Positions 10,428 to 21,608 are shown, numbered from the stretch's first letter. The stretch is 64,000 nucleotides of DNA from an uncultured bacterium (GCA_963848965.1 CAWKFG010000001.1:352001-416000), one strand, 5' to 3'. A program made the numbers and translations. The notes: a model not told the origin generated them from the sequence alone.

Positions 10428-11078
10428 TTATGATGTTGCAAGTTTTGCTACTTTTGCTATATCTTTAATGCTGCCTGCACAAATAAGAATGTCTCCTTCT
10501 CGAACAATATGATCTTCTTCAATAAGGACAATTTCGTCTTTTATTTTTCGTCCAATGCACATAATGTTATAGGTGCTCGGTAGCTGAAGATCTTTGATTG
10601 TATATCCTACAAATCTTGTAGGAGCAGCTATCTCGCTGATGCAGTAGTCGGGACTTAAACGACTTATTGCTTTAAATGGTAAGCTCAAAATATCGGCAAG
10701 CCGTCGTCCTACTTCTCGCTCTGGTAAAATAACTTGATCTGCTCCAATAATCTGAAGAATATCTCTGTGGATATCGCTTATTGAGCGGGTAATGACTTGA
10801 GGAACTTTGAGCCTATGTTTTAAAAGAGCAGTAACAAGTATAGATTGAGCAAAGTTTTCGCCCATAGCCACAATAACAGTATTCATCTCTTCTGCGCCAA
10901 TAGTACGTAATGAATCTTCATCAATAATACGCATGCAAATAGCTTGTGTAACTTTATCTCGTATAGAAGCTATAATAGATTCATTACTATCAACTGCAAG
11001 CACCTCCATGCCATTATCTGCTAATGTTATAGCTACATCGTAGCCAAAACGGCCTACTCCAATAACACAAAATTTCAT
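10428..11078 (-). CDS. trkA: Trk/Ktr potassium uptake NAD-binding subunit
   Basis: VIGVGRFG Rossmann motif, RCK_N plus RCK_C; adjacent to trkH. Confidence 0.92.
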   Translation of the reverse strand: MKFCVIGVGRFGYDVAITLADNGMEVLAVDSNESIIASIRDKVTQAICMRIIDEDSLRTIGAEEMNTVIVAMGENFAQSILVTALLKHRLKVPQVITRSISDIHRDILQIIGADQVILPEREVGRRLADILSLPFKAISRLSPDYCISEIAAPTRFVGYTIKDLQLPSTYNIMCIGRKIKDEIVLIEEDHIVREGDILICAGSIKDIAKVAKLATS

Positions 11079-11087
11079 ATGTTTCCT

Positions 11088-12422
11088 CTAGCTCATCATA
11101 AGTCGTTCTTCTGGATATTGAAATTCTACTTTTTCTTGTCGTGCTTTCAATGCTAAAAGCATAGTAAGCGAGCCAACTCGTCCAATAAACATGTTTGTTA
11201 TAATAATAAATTTTCCAAGCACTGATAAATAGGGTGTAATATCTGTTGCTAATCCAAGATTAGTAAACGACGATACTGCTTCAAAAAAGATACTAATAAA
11301 TTTACTCTGAGGTTCAGTAAGAAGAAGGCAAAATGTGCTTACAATAACCCAAAAAATACTGAGTGAAAGTACAGCCATAGCTTTAAACACTTGATCTTGA
11401 GGAATACGTCGTCCTTTTAGTTCAACAGCCATCCGTCCTGTAATAACAGAACGAATCGTTGCTAAAAATATAGCAAAGGTAGTAACTTTAATACCACTTC
11501 CTGTAGATCCTGGTGATGATCCTATAAAGCTATACATGATTATCATAAATACGGTTGCTGTGTGTAACGTAGTGATATCTATAGAAGTGAGTCCTGCACT
11601 ACGATAAGTGATTGCGTTGAATATCATATTACTGAGAGTAACCAACCAAGAGCTGCTGCCAAAATGAGCAGGAGCTTCAAGTATAAGTAACAGAAATGTT
11701 GCTATGACCAAAGAGATGATAGTCATTGTTACTATAACTTTTGTAGTAAGCGAGAACGTATAACGCTTACGATTAATCTTTCTTTTGAGGTACAGGAAAA
11801 GCTCGTACCATGTCATAAATCCAAGACCACCGCTCAGTACTAAAAATCCTGTTATAGTAAGCATAGGAATATTGTATGCAAAGGGAATCATACTATGACC
11901 AAAGCTACTTAATCCTGCATTGCAAAAAGAAGAGATGCTATGAAAGATTGCATGAAAGAGCGCTTCAGAGGGAGGGTAATAAGGAATGATAAAAAAGTAT
12001 ATTAGAAATGCTCCTAATGACTCAAGGAGTACTGTGAGCGTTATAATGAAAAAGAGAACACGACGTGTATTTTTCCAGGTTTCAAGTTCAAGAACTTGTC
12101 CAAGCATAAGTTGTGTTGCAAATCCTAAATTAAAAAACAAAGAGATTAAGAAAAGAGAAAGCGTTAAGAGTCCAATACCCCCAATTTGAATAAGTGCTAG
12201 AATGATGCTTTTTCCAAAGAGAGTAAAAGAATCAAAGGGTACGGTAAGTACTCCTGTAACGCAGGTAGCAGCAGTAGCTGTAAAAAAGCAGTCAAGCACA
12301 GAAACAGGTACTTTTTGTGCTCCAGGAAGCATCAGAAGAACCGTTCCCAAACATATAGTTAAAAATATAGACAGCAATACAGTTCTGCCTGGCGAAAAAA
12401 ACATACGCTTGCGTGGTGCCAT
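11088..12422 (-). CDS. trkH: Trk/Ktr potassium uptake membrane subunit
   Basis: ATCVTG, SSFCNAG and GSSPGSTGSGIKVTT pore motifs. Confidence 0.92.
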   Translation of the reverse strand: MAPRKRMFFSPGRTVLLSIFLTICLGTVLLMLPGAQKVPVSVLDCFFTATAATCVTGVLTVPFDSFTLFGKSIILALIQIGGIGLLTLSLFLISLFFNLGFATQLMLGQVLELETWKNTRRVLFFIITLTVLLESLGAFLIYFFIIPYYPPSEALFHAIFHSISSFCNAGLSSFGHSMIPFAYNIPMLTITGFLVLSGGLGFMTWYELFLYLKRKINRKRYTFSLTTKVIVTMTIISLVIATFLLLILEAPAHFGSSSWLVTLSNMIFNAITYRSAGLTSIDITTLHTATVFMIIMYSFIGSSPGSTGSGIKVTTFAIFLATIRSVITGRMAVELKGRRIPQDQVFKAMAVLSLSIFWVIVSTFCLLLTEPQSKFISIFFEAVSSFTNLGLATDITPYLSVLGKFIIITNMFIGRVGSLTMLLALKARQEKVEFQYPEERLMMS

Positions 12423-12462
12423 ACTCTCTGCTCCTCAGAAATTTATGTCAGTATAGCATGTG

Positions 12463-13029
12463 CTAATGAATAAGGAACCACATACCAATAAAAATAGCAA
12501 GAGCTCCTATGGCAAAATAATAAAAATATTCATTAAGATAGTACTCAAGCTTATCTCCCCATATGCTGATACCTGTGGCAATAGCAAAGAAGCGTATGCC
12601 TCGTGCAATAAGCGAGAAAAAAATAAAAGGCAAGAGTGGTAACTTACAAAAACCTGCAGTAAGAGTAAGTGCTTTAAAGGGCATAGGAGTAAGAGCTACT
12701 GCAAATACTGTCCATGCTTGATATTTTTTAAACTGCTCTACAAGAATATCAAACTTTTCTTGAGAGATAAAAAAACTAATAATATTTTTTCCAGCAGCGT
12801 TCCATAACATGGTTCCTAGATAATATCCAGCTATTGCTCCTAAAGCAGAAGTAAGAGTAGCAATAGTCGCATACCAAAAAGCTTTACGTCGATTTTGTAG
12901 GCAATAAAATGCCAGTAGTGTGCTTACTGGTACTATAAAGAACCCCTCTATGAATACTAGAAGCCCAAAGAGGGAAGTTCCATAAGGAGAGTGTACATGC
13001 TTACCGAGCCAATTATAAATACCCTTCAT
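12463..13029 (-). CDS. YqaA/DedA (VTT domain) membrane protein
   Basis: FIEGFFIVP, ALTPMPFK and SLIARGIRFF motifs. Confidence 0.85.
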   Translation of the reverse strand: MKGIYNWLGKHVHSPYGTSLFGLLVFIEGFFIVPVSTLLAFYCLQNRRKAFWYATIATLTSALGAIAGYYLGTMLWNAAGKNIISFFISQEKFDILVEQFKKYQAWTVFAVALTPMPFKALTLTAGFCKLPLLPFIFFSLIARGIRFFAIATGISIWGDKLEYYLNEYFYYFAIGALAIFIGMWFLIH

Positions 13030-14342
13030 GCAGCTCTTTCTGTCTGCTTTAAGTAGTCGTGAATACGCTCAAATGGTATACGCTCTTGAAGCATGCTATC
13101 TCTGTGACGTATTGTTACTTGCTGGTCTTGAGCACTTTCAAAATCATAGGTAAAGCAGAAAGGAGTACCTATTTCATCTTGACGTCGATATCGTTTGCCA
13201 ATGGAGCCAGATGCATCATATTGAAGCATATATCCTTTACTCTTATAGTCTTGATAAATCTTTTCCATAGGTTCAGTCTGCTCTTTTGTAAGAGGCATAA
13301 AGGCTGCTTTATAAGGAGCAATTTGTGGAGCAAATTTAAGCACAACGCGCGATTCACCATCGACTATATCTTCATGATAAGCATCAAATAAGAGTGTTAA
13401 AAGCAAACGATCGGTTCCTACAGAACATTCGACAACATGAGGAACATAAGAAGTTTTTGTCTCTTCATCAAACACAGAAAGGTCTTTACCTGAGTATTTC
13501 ATATGCTGAGTAAGATCGAAGTTTCCTCTATTTGCAATTCCTTCAAGCTCCTTCCATCCAAAAGGAAAATGATATTCTATATCAGAAGTAGCTGTTGAAT
13601 AGTGAGAAAGCTCATCTTTTTCATGTGCACGTAATCGTATTTTTTCGGGATCTATCCCTATCGTTGTATAAAACTGTTTGCGATGTGCTGTCCAGAACTC
13701 AAAGAATTTAACTGCAGAAGATGGCGTGCAGAACCACTCTATCTCCATTTGTTCAAACTCTCTCATCCTGAAAAGAAATTGCTTAGGAGTAATCTCATTA
13801 CGAAATGCTTTGCCTATCTGTGCTATACCAAAAGGAATTTTTACGCGGTTACTTGAATAAACATTCTTGAAGTTAATAAATATCGATTGCGCTGTCTCCG
13901 GTCGTAGATAAGCAATTGAACTCGTATCTGTAGATGCTCCTACATGCGTTTTAAACATAAGATTAAATTGACGTACATCTGTCCATGTTTTATTACCGCA
14001 ATGAGGACATGGCTTATTAAGATCTATATCATCTGCTCGAAAGCGACGTTTACAGGTAAGACAATCTACCATAGGATCTTGAAAACTTTGTACGTGGCCA
14101 GATGCTTCCCATACTGCATGAGGCCCAAGAAGAGCTCCTTCAATATAAAGAATTTCAAGGCCCGTAGAGTTGAGAGACTGTGTCCAAGCAGCACGAATAT
14201 TGTGCTTTAAGAGAGCTCCCAACGGTCCTATGTCATAGACGCCATTAAGGCCCCCATAAATCTCTGCTGATTGGTAAACAAAACCACGCCTTTTACAAAG
14301 TGAAACAAGCTTTTCAAGAGTAACAGATGATGTATGTGTCAT
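13026..14342 (-). CDS. glyQS: Glycine--tRNA ligase (alpha2 type)
   Basis: LCKRRGF, YLRPETAQ, FRMREFEQME, SIGKRYRRQDEIGTP. Confidence 0.97.
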   Translation of the reverse strand: MTHTSSVTLEKLVSLCKRRGFVYQSAEIYGGLNGVYDIGPLGALLKHNIRAAWTQSLNSTGLEILYIEGALLGPHAVWEASGHVQSFQDPMVDCLTCKRRFRADDIDLNKPCPHCGNKTWTDVRQFNLMFKTHVGASTDTSSIAYLRPETAQSIFINFKNVYSSNRVKIPFGIAQIGKAFRNEITPKQFLFRMREFEQMEIEWFCTPSSAVKFFEFWTAHRKQFYTTIGIDPEKIRLRAHEKDELSHYSTATSDIEYHFPFGWKELEGIANRGNFDLTQHMKYSGKDLSVFDEETKTSYVPHVVECSVGTDRLLLTLLFDAYHEDIVDGESRVVLKFAPQIAPYKAAFMPLTKEQTEPMEKIYQDYKSKGYMLQYDASGSIGKRYRRQDEIGTPFCFTYDFESAQDQQVTIRHRDSMLQERIPFERIHDYLKQTERAA

Positions 14343-14674
14343 TAAAATCTCCTACTGCAGTCAGACGCTTCAGTATGTCCAACACCCATAGTTCTTTACC
14401 GGTTATAGTACGCTATCAAAAGAAAAATAGTTATTTTATGTACTTCTATAAGTATATACCACTCTGCTTATTTGAGCAATGAACAGTACACAAGGGGGAA
14501 TTATAAATCAGTATACTACTTGTTCTTTTATGTGTATAAGTGCTTTCTATAAGGTTAACTTGCGAGTTAAGAATTTTTATGACAAAAATAAATTGCTTAC
14601 TCTTGACTTCATTTATAAATTAAGACTACTATAAAGTCATGCTGCAGTATTAACCACTTAAAAAGGGAGGCGAT

Positions 14675-15553
14675 ATGAAAGTGAATTTTACTGCGAAACG
14701 GATAGCACTTGCTCTCTTGTTAGCACCGATAACGGGTGTACAAGGGACTGGTTACGGCTATTATGCTGGTAATAACGGGGCGTGTTGCCCGCCAGTAAGC
14801 TGTGGCTATGCACCGTTCGAATGTGGCGCACTCAACTTTGAATTCAAAGCGGGTGTAGCGCCAAAAATATGGACAGACAGGGACAGAGTGTTCGGTGTAG
14901 CACCTCAAGTTCCGTCACCACGTGGGCCGTTTGTTGACCTTGTGAAACTTCCACGTTTCCGTTGCTTATACAAGCTACCATGGACTGTAGGTTTTAAGCT
15001 TGGATGGCTCTTAAGCTGTAACTTGGAAACATTCCTTGAGTTTAACTATACTCAAGCAGATGCAAGAAGAAGATTCAGCTTTGGAGTTCCATTAGACGGT
15101 GTTAGCGCATCAGTTAATGTACGACCAACAAACAAGCTTAAAGAATTCAGCGGATTCTTAGGTACACGTTACTATTGGAACAGATGGTTCTGCAATACAA
15201 CGTCATGGTTCTTTGGTGCGAAATTGGGTGTAACTCATACTCGTGCTCGTTGCTTTGACTTTGTAGTTTCAGGAATTCCAAATACAACAGACTTTACTTC
15301 AGATGTTGGCAGATTGTTTGACAGACATACATCTGTAGCTGGCGGAGTTCATACTGGTTTTGATGTTAAGTTGTGGTGCGGCTTCTCCTTTGTATTCACT
15401 GCAGAGGTTGTAGCAAGCTGCGGTCCTCGTGGCAACCAAAACTTTATCCAAAGTACTCCTACACCAGGACTTGGAATTACAAGTGTACATATTGGATCAG
15501 TCGGTACGGAAGTTACATTCCCAGTTACCTTCGGTCTTCAATATACATTCTAA
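14675..15553 (+). CDS. Cysteine-rich outer-membrane beta-barrel protein
   Basis: Signal peptide, amphipathic beta strands, C-terminal GLQYTF; strong RBS GGGAGG. Confidence 0.7.
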   Translation: MKVNFTAKRIALALLLAPITGVQGTGYGYYAGNNGACCPPVSCGYAPFECGALNFEFKAGVAPKIWTDRDRVFGVAPQVPSPRGPFVDLVKLPRFRCLYKLPWTVGFKLGWLLSCNLETFLEFNYTQADARRRFSFGVPLDGVSASVNVRPTNKLKEFSGFLGTRYYWNRWFCNTTSWFFGAKLGVTHTRARCFDFVVSGIPNTTDFTSDVGRLFDRHTSVAGGVHTGFDVKLWCGFSFVFTAEVVASCGPRGNQNFIQSTPTPGLGITSVHIGSVGTEVTFPVTFGLQYTF

Positions 15554-15571
15554 GAAAGCTTTTGGGTTTTC

Positions 15572-15602
15572 AGGGTATGCTCTCGGGCATACCCTTTTTT
15601 TT
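15572..15602 (+). terminator. Rho-independent terminator
   Basis: AGGGTATGC-tctcgg-GCATACCCT plus T tract between convergent genes. Confidence 0.85.
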
Positions 15603-15605
15603 ATA

Positions 15606-17081
15606 CTACTCTGTTTTTGAAGCTCTTTCTTTTTCTGCGTTTTCCAGAAGTTCACGTATAGCATTCCTTCTTTCTATATATACATTGATGTCATTTGTAT
15701 CTATCTGCATAATTTCTAATATGGAGTAAATATCTCCTTGTTGGTACATAAGATGTATGTTCGCTTTATATTTAGGTGAAAGAAGAAGCTTAATCATCTC
15801 TATGTTACCCTTTTTTACTGCAACCATTAAAGCAGAGAAATGTAAGTGAGTTCCTTTTAATTGATGGTTTATATGTGCTCCATGCTCTAATAGAAGTTGA
15901 ACAATTGTAGTATGGCCTGTAAGGGTCGCTGCAATTAACGGGGTTAATCCTCCCCTATTTTCAAAATTAACATCAGCTTTATTAATAAGTAGAAACTCTA
16001 TCATTTCTTTATGGCCGAAAGCTGATGCAATAATTAAAGCAGTTTGTTGTGCAGAGTCAAGTGGTTCAATATTTTGATAAAGGAGAGAGCCATACGTATT
16101 TTGCATGTTTAAGGGACTTTGGAGACCATTAATACGAGCACCATTTTTAAGAGCGATATGAGCTATTTCAATATTGTTATCTGCAGCTGCTATACACAGT
16201 AGATCTGTAGCTTTTTGCTCTTTATTTGGATCTGCTTTTAAATACTGATCCAAAAATACTAGGGCTTGCGGAGTTTTTAAGGTAGAGCAAACGAATAATT
16301 CATTGATTTGGTTTGATGCTAGATCTTTTACCACTTTAGCAGACTCATCAGAGGTTGCTCTCTCGTATGAGGAGGCGCACATGCTTTGATATATTTGTTT
16401 GACTTCATCAAAAGTGATAGTATTATTAATTGGTACATTTAGAGCCCAGTTAGCTATTTCTTGAGCTAGTTGTGCAATAAAAGGCCTCTCTTGAAACATG
16501 AGTGTAACTACTGCTTCTGACATATCTTTTTCTTGAAGTGAATGTTCTTGAAAATATTTTTGAACTTCTTGGCTAAAGAGTTGTTTTTTTATTTCTGGGC
16601 CTTTTTGGAGTTGCTTAAAGTGAGCGATGAAAGTTTGACCAGTTGTTGTTTTTTTACAAAATTCGGCAAAACGGTCTATTTCCTTGTTGCTAAAGAGAGT
16701 TGTTAACTCTTGAATAACATATTTATGAAGTGGTTCGCTCTCATAATATTGCTTACCCACAGAAAGAAAAAGTCTCATTTTTTCTATAATTTTTTTAAAG
16801 TTCTCAAGATCTGCGGCTGCGGCAATTTTAAAAGGAACGGCGTTAGAAGCTAAAAAGTGATGAAATCTAACATATTCAGCGTCCTCAGGAGTAGGGGTAG
16901 GGTTTAATAAGTCAGGGTTGTTTAAAAAATTCGTAAGTAAAAAAACTTGAGCAACAAGCTCTGTTGGCAGCTTACTGAGGAACGAAACATCATTTTTAAG
17001 GTGGCCTTGCTGTAATGCAGATTCCATGCTAAATAATGGAAAAGCGAAAAGCAGCATCCCTAAAAAGTAGTTTTTCAACAT
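15606..17081 (-). CDS. Secreted ankyrin-repeat protein with F-box-like motif
   Basis: Signal LFSME, LSKLPTELVAQVF, C-terminal ankyrin repeats. Confidence 0.85.
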   Translation of the reverse strand: MLKNYFLGMLLFAFPLFSMESALQQGHLKNDVSFLSKLPTELVAQVFLLTNFLNNPDLLNPTPTPEDAEYVRFHHFLASNAVPFKIAAAADLENFKKIIEKMRLFLSVGKQYYESEPLHKYVIQELTTLFSNKEIDRFAEFCKKTTTGQTFIAHFKQLQKGPEIKKQLFSQEVQKYFQEHSLQEKDMSEAVVTLMFQERPFIAQLAQEIANWALNVPINNTITFDEVKQIYQSMCASSYERATSDESAKVVKDLASNQINELFVCSTLKTPQALVFLDQYLKADPNKEQKATDLLCIAAADNNIEIAHIALKNGARINGLQSPLNMQNTYGSLLYQNIEPLDSAQQTALIIASAFGHKEMIEFLLINKADVNFENRGGLTPLIAATLTGHTTIVQLLLEHGAHINHQLKGTHLHFSALMVAVKKGNIEMIKLLLSPKYKANIHLMYQQGDIYSILEIMQIDTNDINVYIERRNAIRELLENAEKERASKTE

Positions 17082-17289
17082 GCATATCCTTTCTAATTGA
17101 ATTGCAGTAACTGAATAACGGTGAACTAAAGTCTGAGGCTTTCTTGATCTTTATCTTTAAGTAAAATCAATTTTAGTATAGATTGTCACCATTCCAAGTC
17201 AAATGCTCTTGTAAGCGGTTTGAGATTTTATAATAACGCGATAAACTAAAGAGGAAATCTAATTTTCTCTGTTTTCAGAAGAGGTTCCT

Positions 17290-19011
17290 ATGCATCACTT
17301 AAAAACTTCATTTCTTATTGTTGGATGTCTTGTTATGGTGTTTTCTGCGAGTATCATGTACAGACTCTATGGTGTAACTAAGCAGCCAATTGACGTTACT
17401 AAGCAGTTAACAGTAGATCAGCCGGTTACATCGGAAAGTCCGGTTTTGATTGAAGAGCCTAAAGTAAGTAGGCATCAGCTTTGGAGTTCAATGCAGCGCA
17501 AGTTTAAAGATACTGTAGCACAGGTATTTACACAGAGTCTTAAATTTAACTGGGTTGAACCTTATAAGTCACCTAATCAACAGGAATCAACTGGAAGTGC
17601 TTTCTTTATTAACGATGATGGTGAACTTATTACTAATGCCCATGTTGTTGATCAAGCATTGGTGGTTTATATACAAATACCGTCACTTGGTAAGCGCCGC
17701 TTTGAAGTAACAATACTTGGTGTCTGTCCAGATCGCGATTTAGCACTTTTAAAATTAAAGCCAGAAGCACTTGTATCTTTAAAGAGGGAGCTTGGAAGAG
17801 ACAAGTTGCCGTATTTGACGTTTGGAGATTCTGATTTAGTGCAACGTGCTGCAAAAATTATGACATTGGGATATCCTCTTGGACAACAGGGCCTTAAAAG
17901 TACTACAGGTATTGTAAGTGGTCGAGAGCATGTAGGAGGCCATTATTTTATTCAAATAGACGCAGCAATAAATCCAGGAAACTCTGGTGGGCCATCGCTT
18001 GGTAATAAGGGTGAAGTAATTGGTGTCAACTCTGCAGGTATTTCGATTATGAATAATGGAGATCAATTGGTAGCTGCTCAAAATGTAGGCTATATTATTC
18101 CTATTAACGAAGTAAAATTGTTCTTAGAGCAGTTACGTAGTATGCCTGCTATAAACGGGACAAAATTATTGCGTAAACCTTTTTTAGGTGTACTTTTTAA
18201 TAATGCAAATGATGATCTCACTGCTTATTTGGGTAATCCAGCGCCAGGAGGCTTATTTATTGTTGATATCTATAAAGGAAGCCCACTACATAAAGCAGGG
18301 ATTCAAGCAGGAGATATGGTATACAAAATAAATGGTTATTCTGTTGACGTGTATGGAGAAATGAATGTATCTTGGAGCACAGAGGACAAGGTATCGATTA
18401 TTGATTTTGTTTCACGTTTAAAGATTGGAGAGGAGCTGCATATTCAGTACTATCGAAAAGGAGTGCGTAAAGAAGCGAGATTTAAGTTTACGCAAGCAGA
18501 GTTACCTCCTGTGCGTCGCATGTTCCCGGGTTACGAAAAAATAGATTACGAAATGCTTGGAGGCTTAATAGTCATGCAACTTTCGCTTAACCATGTGGTA
18601 CTCCTTGCACAGTATGCTCCTGAACTTGTACAATATGCAGATATTAAAAAGCATATGGATCCGATATTACTTATAACTCATGTGCTCTTAAATTCTCCTG
18701 CTTCTCGAGCGCGGTGTATAGGAGCTGGAGCTCTTATCTCTCAGGTAAATGATAAACCTGTAAAAACGTTAGAAGAGTTTAGAAAAGCTGTACTTGAAGA
18801 TTCTAAGCGAAACTTTTTAACTATACGAACAACAGAGAACGTGTTTGTAGCATTACCACTTGATGCTATTGTTGAAAGTGAACCTAGTTTAGCAGCTACG
18901 TATTTTTATCAACCTACTCAGTTGTATGAGCAGCTTTCCAAAAAATTAGGAAAAGAGACTCAGTTAGGAAGCAAAGGGCTTTCTCGATCGTTGTCCTTGC
19001 CAATTGGATAA
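17290..19011 (+). CDS. HtrA/Deg-family trypsin-like serine protease with PDZ domains
   Basis: TNAHVV, DLALLK, INPGNSGGP catalytic triad; PDZ region. Confidence 0.92.
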   Translation: MHHLKTSFLIVGCLVMVFSASIMYRLYGVTKQPIDVTKQLTVDQPVTSESPVLIEEPKVSRHQLWSSMQRKFKDTVAQVFTQSLKFNWVEPYKSPNQQESTGSAFFINDDGELITNAHVVDQALVVYIQIPSLGKRRFEVTILGVCPDRDLALLKLKPEALVSLKRELGRDKLPYLTFGDSDLVQRAAKIMTLGYPLGQQGLKSTTGIVSGREHVGGHYFIQIDAAINPGNSGGPSLGNKGEVIGVNSAGISIMNNGDQLVAAQNVGYIIPINEVKLFLEQLRSMPAINGTKLLRKPFLGVLFNNANDDLTAYLGNPAPGGLFIVDIYKGSPLHKAGIQAGDMVYKINGYSVDVYGEMNVSWSTEDKVSIIDFVSRLKIGEELHIQYYRKGVRKEARFKFTQAELPPVRRMFPGYEKIDYEMLGGLIVMQLSLNHVVLLAQYAPELVQYADIKKHMDPILLITHVLLNSPASRARCIGAGALISQVNDKPVKTLEEFRKAVLEDSKRNFLTIRTTENVFVALPLDAIVESEPSLAATYFYQPTQLYEQLSKKLGKETQLGSKGLSRSLSLPIG

Positions 19012-19014
19012 AAC

Positions 19015-19035
19015 GGTGCCGGAAGGTCCGGCACC
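19015..19035 (+). terminator. Intergenic hairpin (terminator or processing site)
   Basis: GGTGCCGGA-agg-TCCGGCACC. Confidence 0.55.
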
Positions 19036-19073
19036 ATAGCATTTTAACTTTTTACTAAAAGAGGAGAGGGAGT

Positions 19074-20642
19074 ATGATTCGAGGAATGAAGCATAATCGG
19101 TATTTATATATAGCTGTTTGCTTATTACTAACAGTAAGTAGAGCAGATGGTGCAATTGAAACGCCAAAAGGCAATTGGCAAGATGTAGAGGAAAAAGCTC
19201 AAAATACTGTTGTACAGATATTTGTACAGAAAGCTGAGTTTAATTGGCTTGATCCTTATAAGAGCCCTGAGCAAAAACAGACGTCAGGAAGCGGGTTCTT
19301 TATTAGTGATCAAGGACACATTCTTACCAATTATCATGTTGTAAGTAATGCTACATCGCTTCAAGTTACTGTGCAATGTTTAGGAAGAAAGCCTCTTGAG
19401 GTTGCTATTGTAGGAGTATGTCCTGATTTAGATGTAGCATTACTCAAGCTTACTGATGAGAGTCTCAATCTATTACGCTCACAATTAAAGCGTGTGCCTT
19501 GTTTAGAGCTTGGCAGTTCTGATGAATTATATCCTACTCAAGAGGTACTTGCTCTTGGATTTCCTTTAGGATTTAGGTACTTAAAGAGCACAGTAGGAGT
19601 TATAGCAGGGCGTGAATTTCTAGATGGTATGTGCTATATGCATATTACTGCTCCTATTAATCCCGGCAATTCAGGAGGCCCTCTTTTAAATGGTCAGGGA
19701 AAAGTAGTAGGAATTAATACAGCAGGTATTACGCTTATTCCTAATGGTAATCAACTGATTGCTGCTCAAAATGTAGGATATATTGTTCCTATTAATGATA
19801 TTAAGACGGTGCTGAAAAATATGCATACTCAGGTGCTTGTGCGTAGACCAGAGCTTGGTATTATCTGTAATCATGCAACAGATGAGCATAGTAAGTATTT
19901 AGGTAATCCAGTACCAGGCGGCATTTACGTAAATCGAGTTATCAAGAACTCGTTAGCTCATAAAGTTGGTATTTGTGAAGGAGATATGATCTATGAGCTT
20001 GAATGTGGTAAGACAAAGTACACTATTGATGAATATGGTGACGTAATTGTTGCATGGCGCGGAAGTTCAAAAATATCTCTTGCAGAACTGTTAATTCGCT
20101 GTTCAATTGGTGAGCCTCTTAAAGTAGTGCTCTATCGTAATGGTAAGCATATGGAATTGCAAGGTAATTTTGAAGTGTTGCCACCTGCGCCTATTCGTGA
20201 GATATATCCTGAATATGAAAGAGATGAGATTGACTATGAGATGATTGGCGGTGCTGTTATTATGCAGCTACGAGAAAACCATTTCCATCTTTTACACTCT
20301 ACTTCTTTGTTAAAACAGTACATGACTTTAGAAAATCGTAATGAGCATGTACTTGTTATTACTCGTATTTTACCAGGGTCACAAATGGATAGAGTTGAAT
20401 GCTTTTACCCCGGAGCGTTACTAGATAAAGTAAATGGACAAAAAGTAAGCACCTTAAAAGAGCTTCGTGATGCACTTATGAAGAGTGTTCAAATAGATAC
20501 TATTGCACTTTCTATTAAGGGTAACCAGTCGAGTGTACTCTCGCTCACTAAAGTATTACAAGATGAATTCCGTCTTGCGTATGCGTATAGGTATCCACTT
20601 ACAGAGTTTGTGCAGCAGCTTGCAAAAGCGGTAAAGAAATAG
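19074..20642 (+). CDS. HtrA/Deg-family serine protease with PDZ domains
   Basis: TNYHVV, DVALLK, INPGNSGGP. Confidence 0.92.
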   Translation: MIRGMKHNRYLYIAVCLLLTVSRADGAIETPKGNWQDVEEKAQNTVVQIFVQKAEFNWLDPYKSPEQKQTSGSGFFISDQGHILTNYHVVSNATSLQVTVQCLGRKPLEVAIVGVCPDLDVALLKLTDESLNLLRSQLKRVPCLELGSSDELYPTQEVLALGFPLGFRYLKSTVGVIAGREFLDGMCYMHITAPINPGNSGGPLLNGQGKVVGINTAGITLIPNGNQLIAAQNVGYIVPINDIKTVLKNMHTQVLVRRPELGIICNHATDEHSKYLGNPVPGGIYVNRVIKNSLAHKVGICEGDMIYELECGKTKYTIDEYGDVIVAWRGSSKISLAELLIRCSIGEPLKVVLYRNGKHMELQGNFEVLPPAPIREIYPEYERDEIDYEMIGGAVIMQLRENHFHLLHSTSLLKQYMTLENRNEHVLVITRILPGSQMDRVECFYPGALLDKVNGQKVSTLKELRDALMKSVQIDTIALSIKGNQSSVLSLTKVLQDEFRLAYAYRYPLTEFVQQLAKAVKK

Positions 20643-20649
20643 CATAGAG

Positions 20650-20674
20650 AGGGGAGTCGACAAGACTCCCCTTT
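20650..20674. terminator. Terminator hairpin between convergent genes
   Basis: AGGGGAGTC-gacaa-GACTCCCCT. Confidence 0.75.
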
Positions 20675-20685
20675 ATAGTAAAAGA

Positions 20686-21336
20686 CTACTTTTCTCGTAC
20701 GAAAAAAATATTAATTTTATCATGTTTTGGAATATCTTCTTGTACAGCTTTAAAGCCGTGCTGTTCAACCCATGATCGTACATCATCATAGAGGGGGTTT
20801 TTCTTAAACCGTTCGGTAAGACTTACTTCAATAAGAAGGGCTTTCACTGTAGAAAATATCTTTGGTGAAGCTTTAAGCACAGTAAGTTCATGTCCTTGCA
20901 TATCAAGCCACATAAAATCAATATGATTAATACCTTGTTCTTGTGCCCATATATCTAGTGTTGTAGTAGGTACTTTGAAGGGCGTGAACTGCACCTCCGG
21001 TCTTTTTACTTTATACTGGTAGGGCTCTAAAAGTGAGCTTGCTGCAGTAGAAGCGCCAGAGCTTACATGTAATGTTGCTTCTCCTACTTTGTCACTTAAG
21101 GCAATAGGAAAGCTGTGAATATTGTTATATCCTTTAGTATTTTCTATAAGCTGTTTAAAAAGCTCAGGGACAGGCTCAAAGGCATAGATAGTACCTTGAG
21201 GCCACAATCTGCTCATTTTAACAGTGTCGCGTCCAATATGCGCTCCTGCTTCTAGAATGCTAGGATTCTTTGGTAAGAATTGAGCAATAAAGAGTTTTGT
21301 AATAGGTGTTTGCACAATAGGAGGTATGGTGTTCAT
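20686..21336 (-). CDS. FkbM-family methyltransferase
   Basis: LEAGAHIG, YAFEP, IDFMWLDMQGHE. Confidence 0.9.
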   Translation of the reverse strand: MNTIPPIVQTPITKLFIAQFLPKNPSILEAGAHIGRDTVKMSRLWPQGTIYAFEPVPELFKQLIENTKGYNNIHSFPIALSDKVGEATLHVSSGASTAASSLLEPYQYKVKRPEVQFTPFKVPTTTLDIWAQEQGINHIDFMWLDMQGHELTVLKASPKIFSTVKALLIEVSLTERFKKNPLYDDVRSWVEQHGFKAVQEDIPKHDKINIFFVREK

Positions 21337-21608
21337 TGTAAAATTCCATGTGTTACTAGCTAAAGAAGAATTGCCATGACTTATGAGTCTTATACTACCA
21401 TAATTGTAGATTGCTACAAAATGAGCTTCTTCTTTGAGTCTAGACAGACAGGTGACAGTTTTGTTACCCTATGCTAAAGTTTATGTAAGAGCCATTTTTA
21501 TAAACACTCAATTGTTCACACGAGTAGTGGTATAACCCAGCTTACAGAGGAGAAAAAAATAAAGTCGTTACAAGATGGAATACCTTAAAAACGAGAGAAG
21601 GAGTAATC

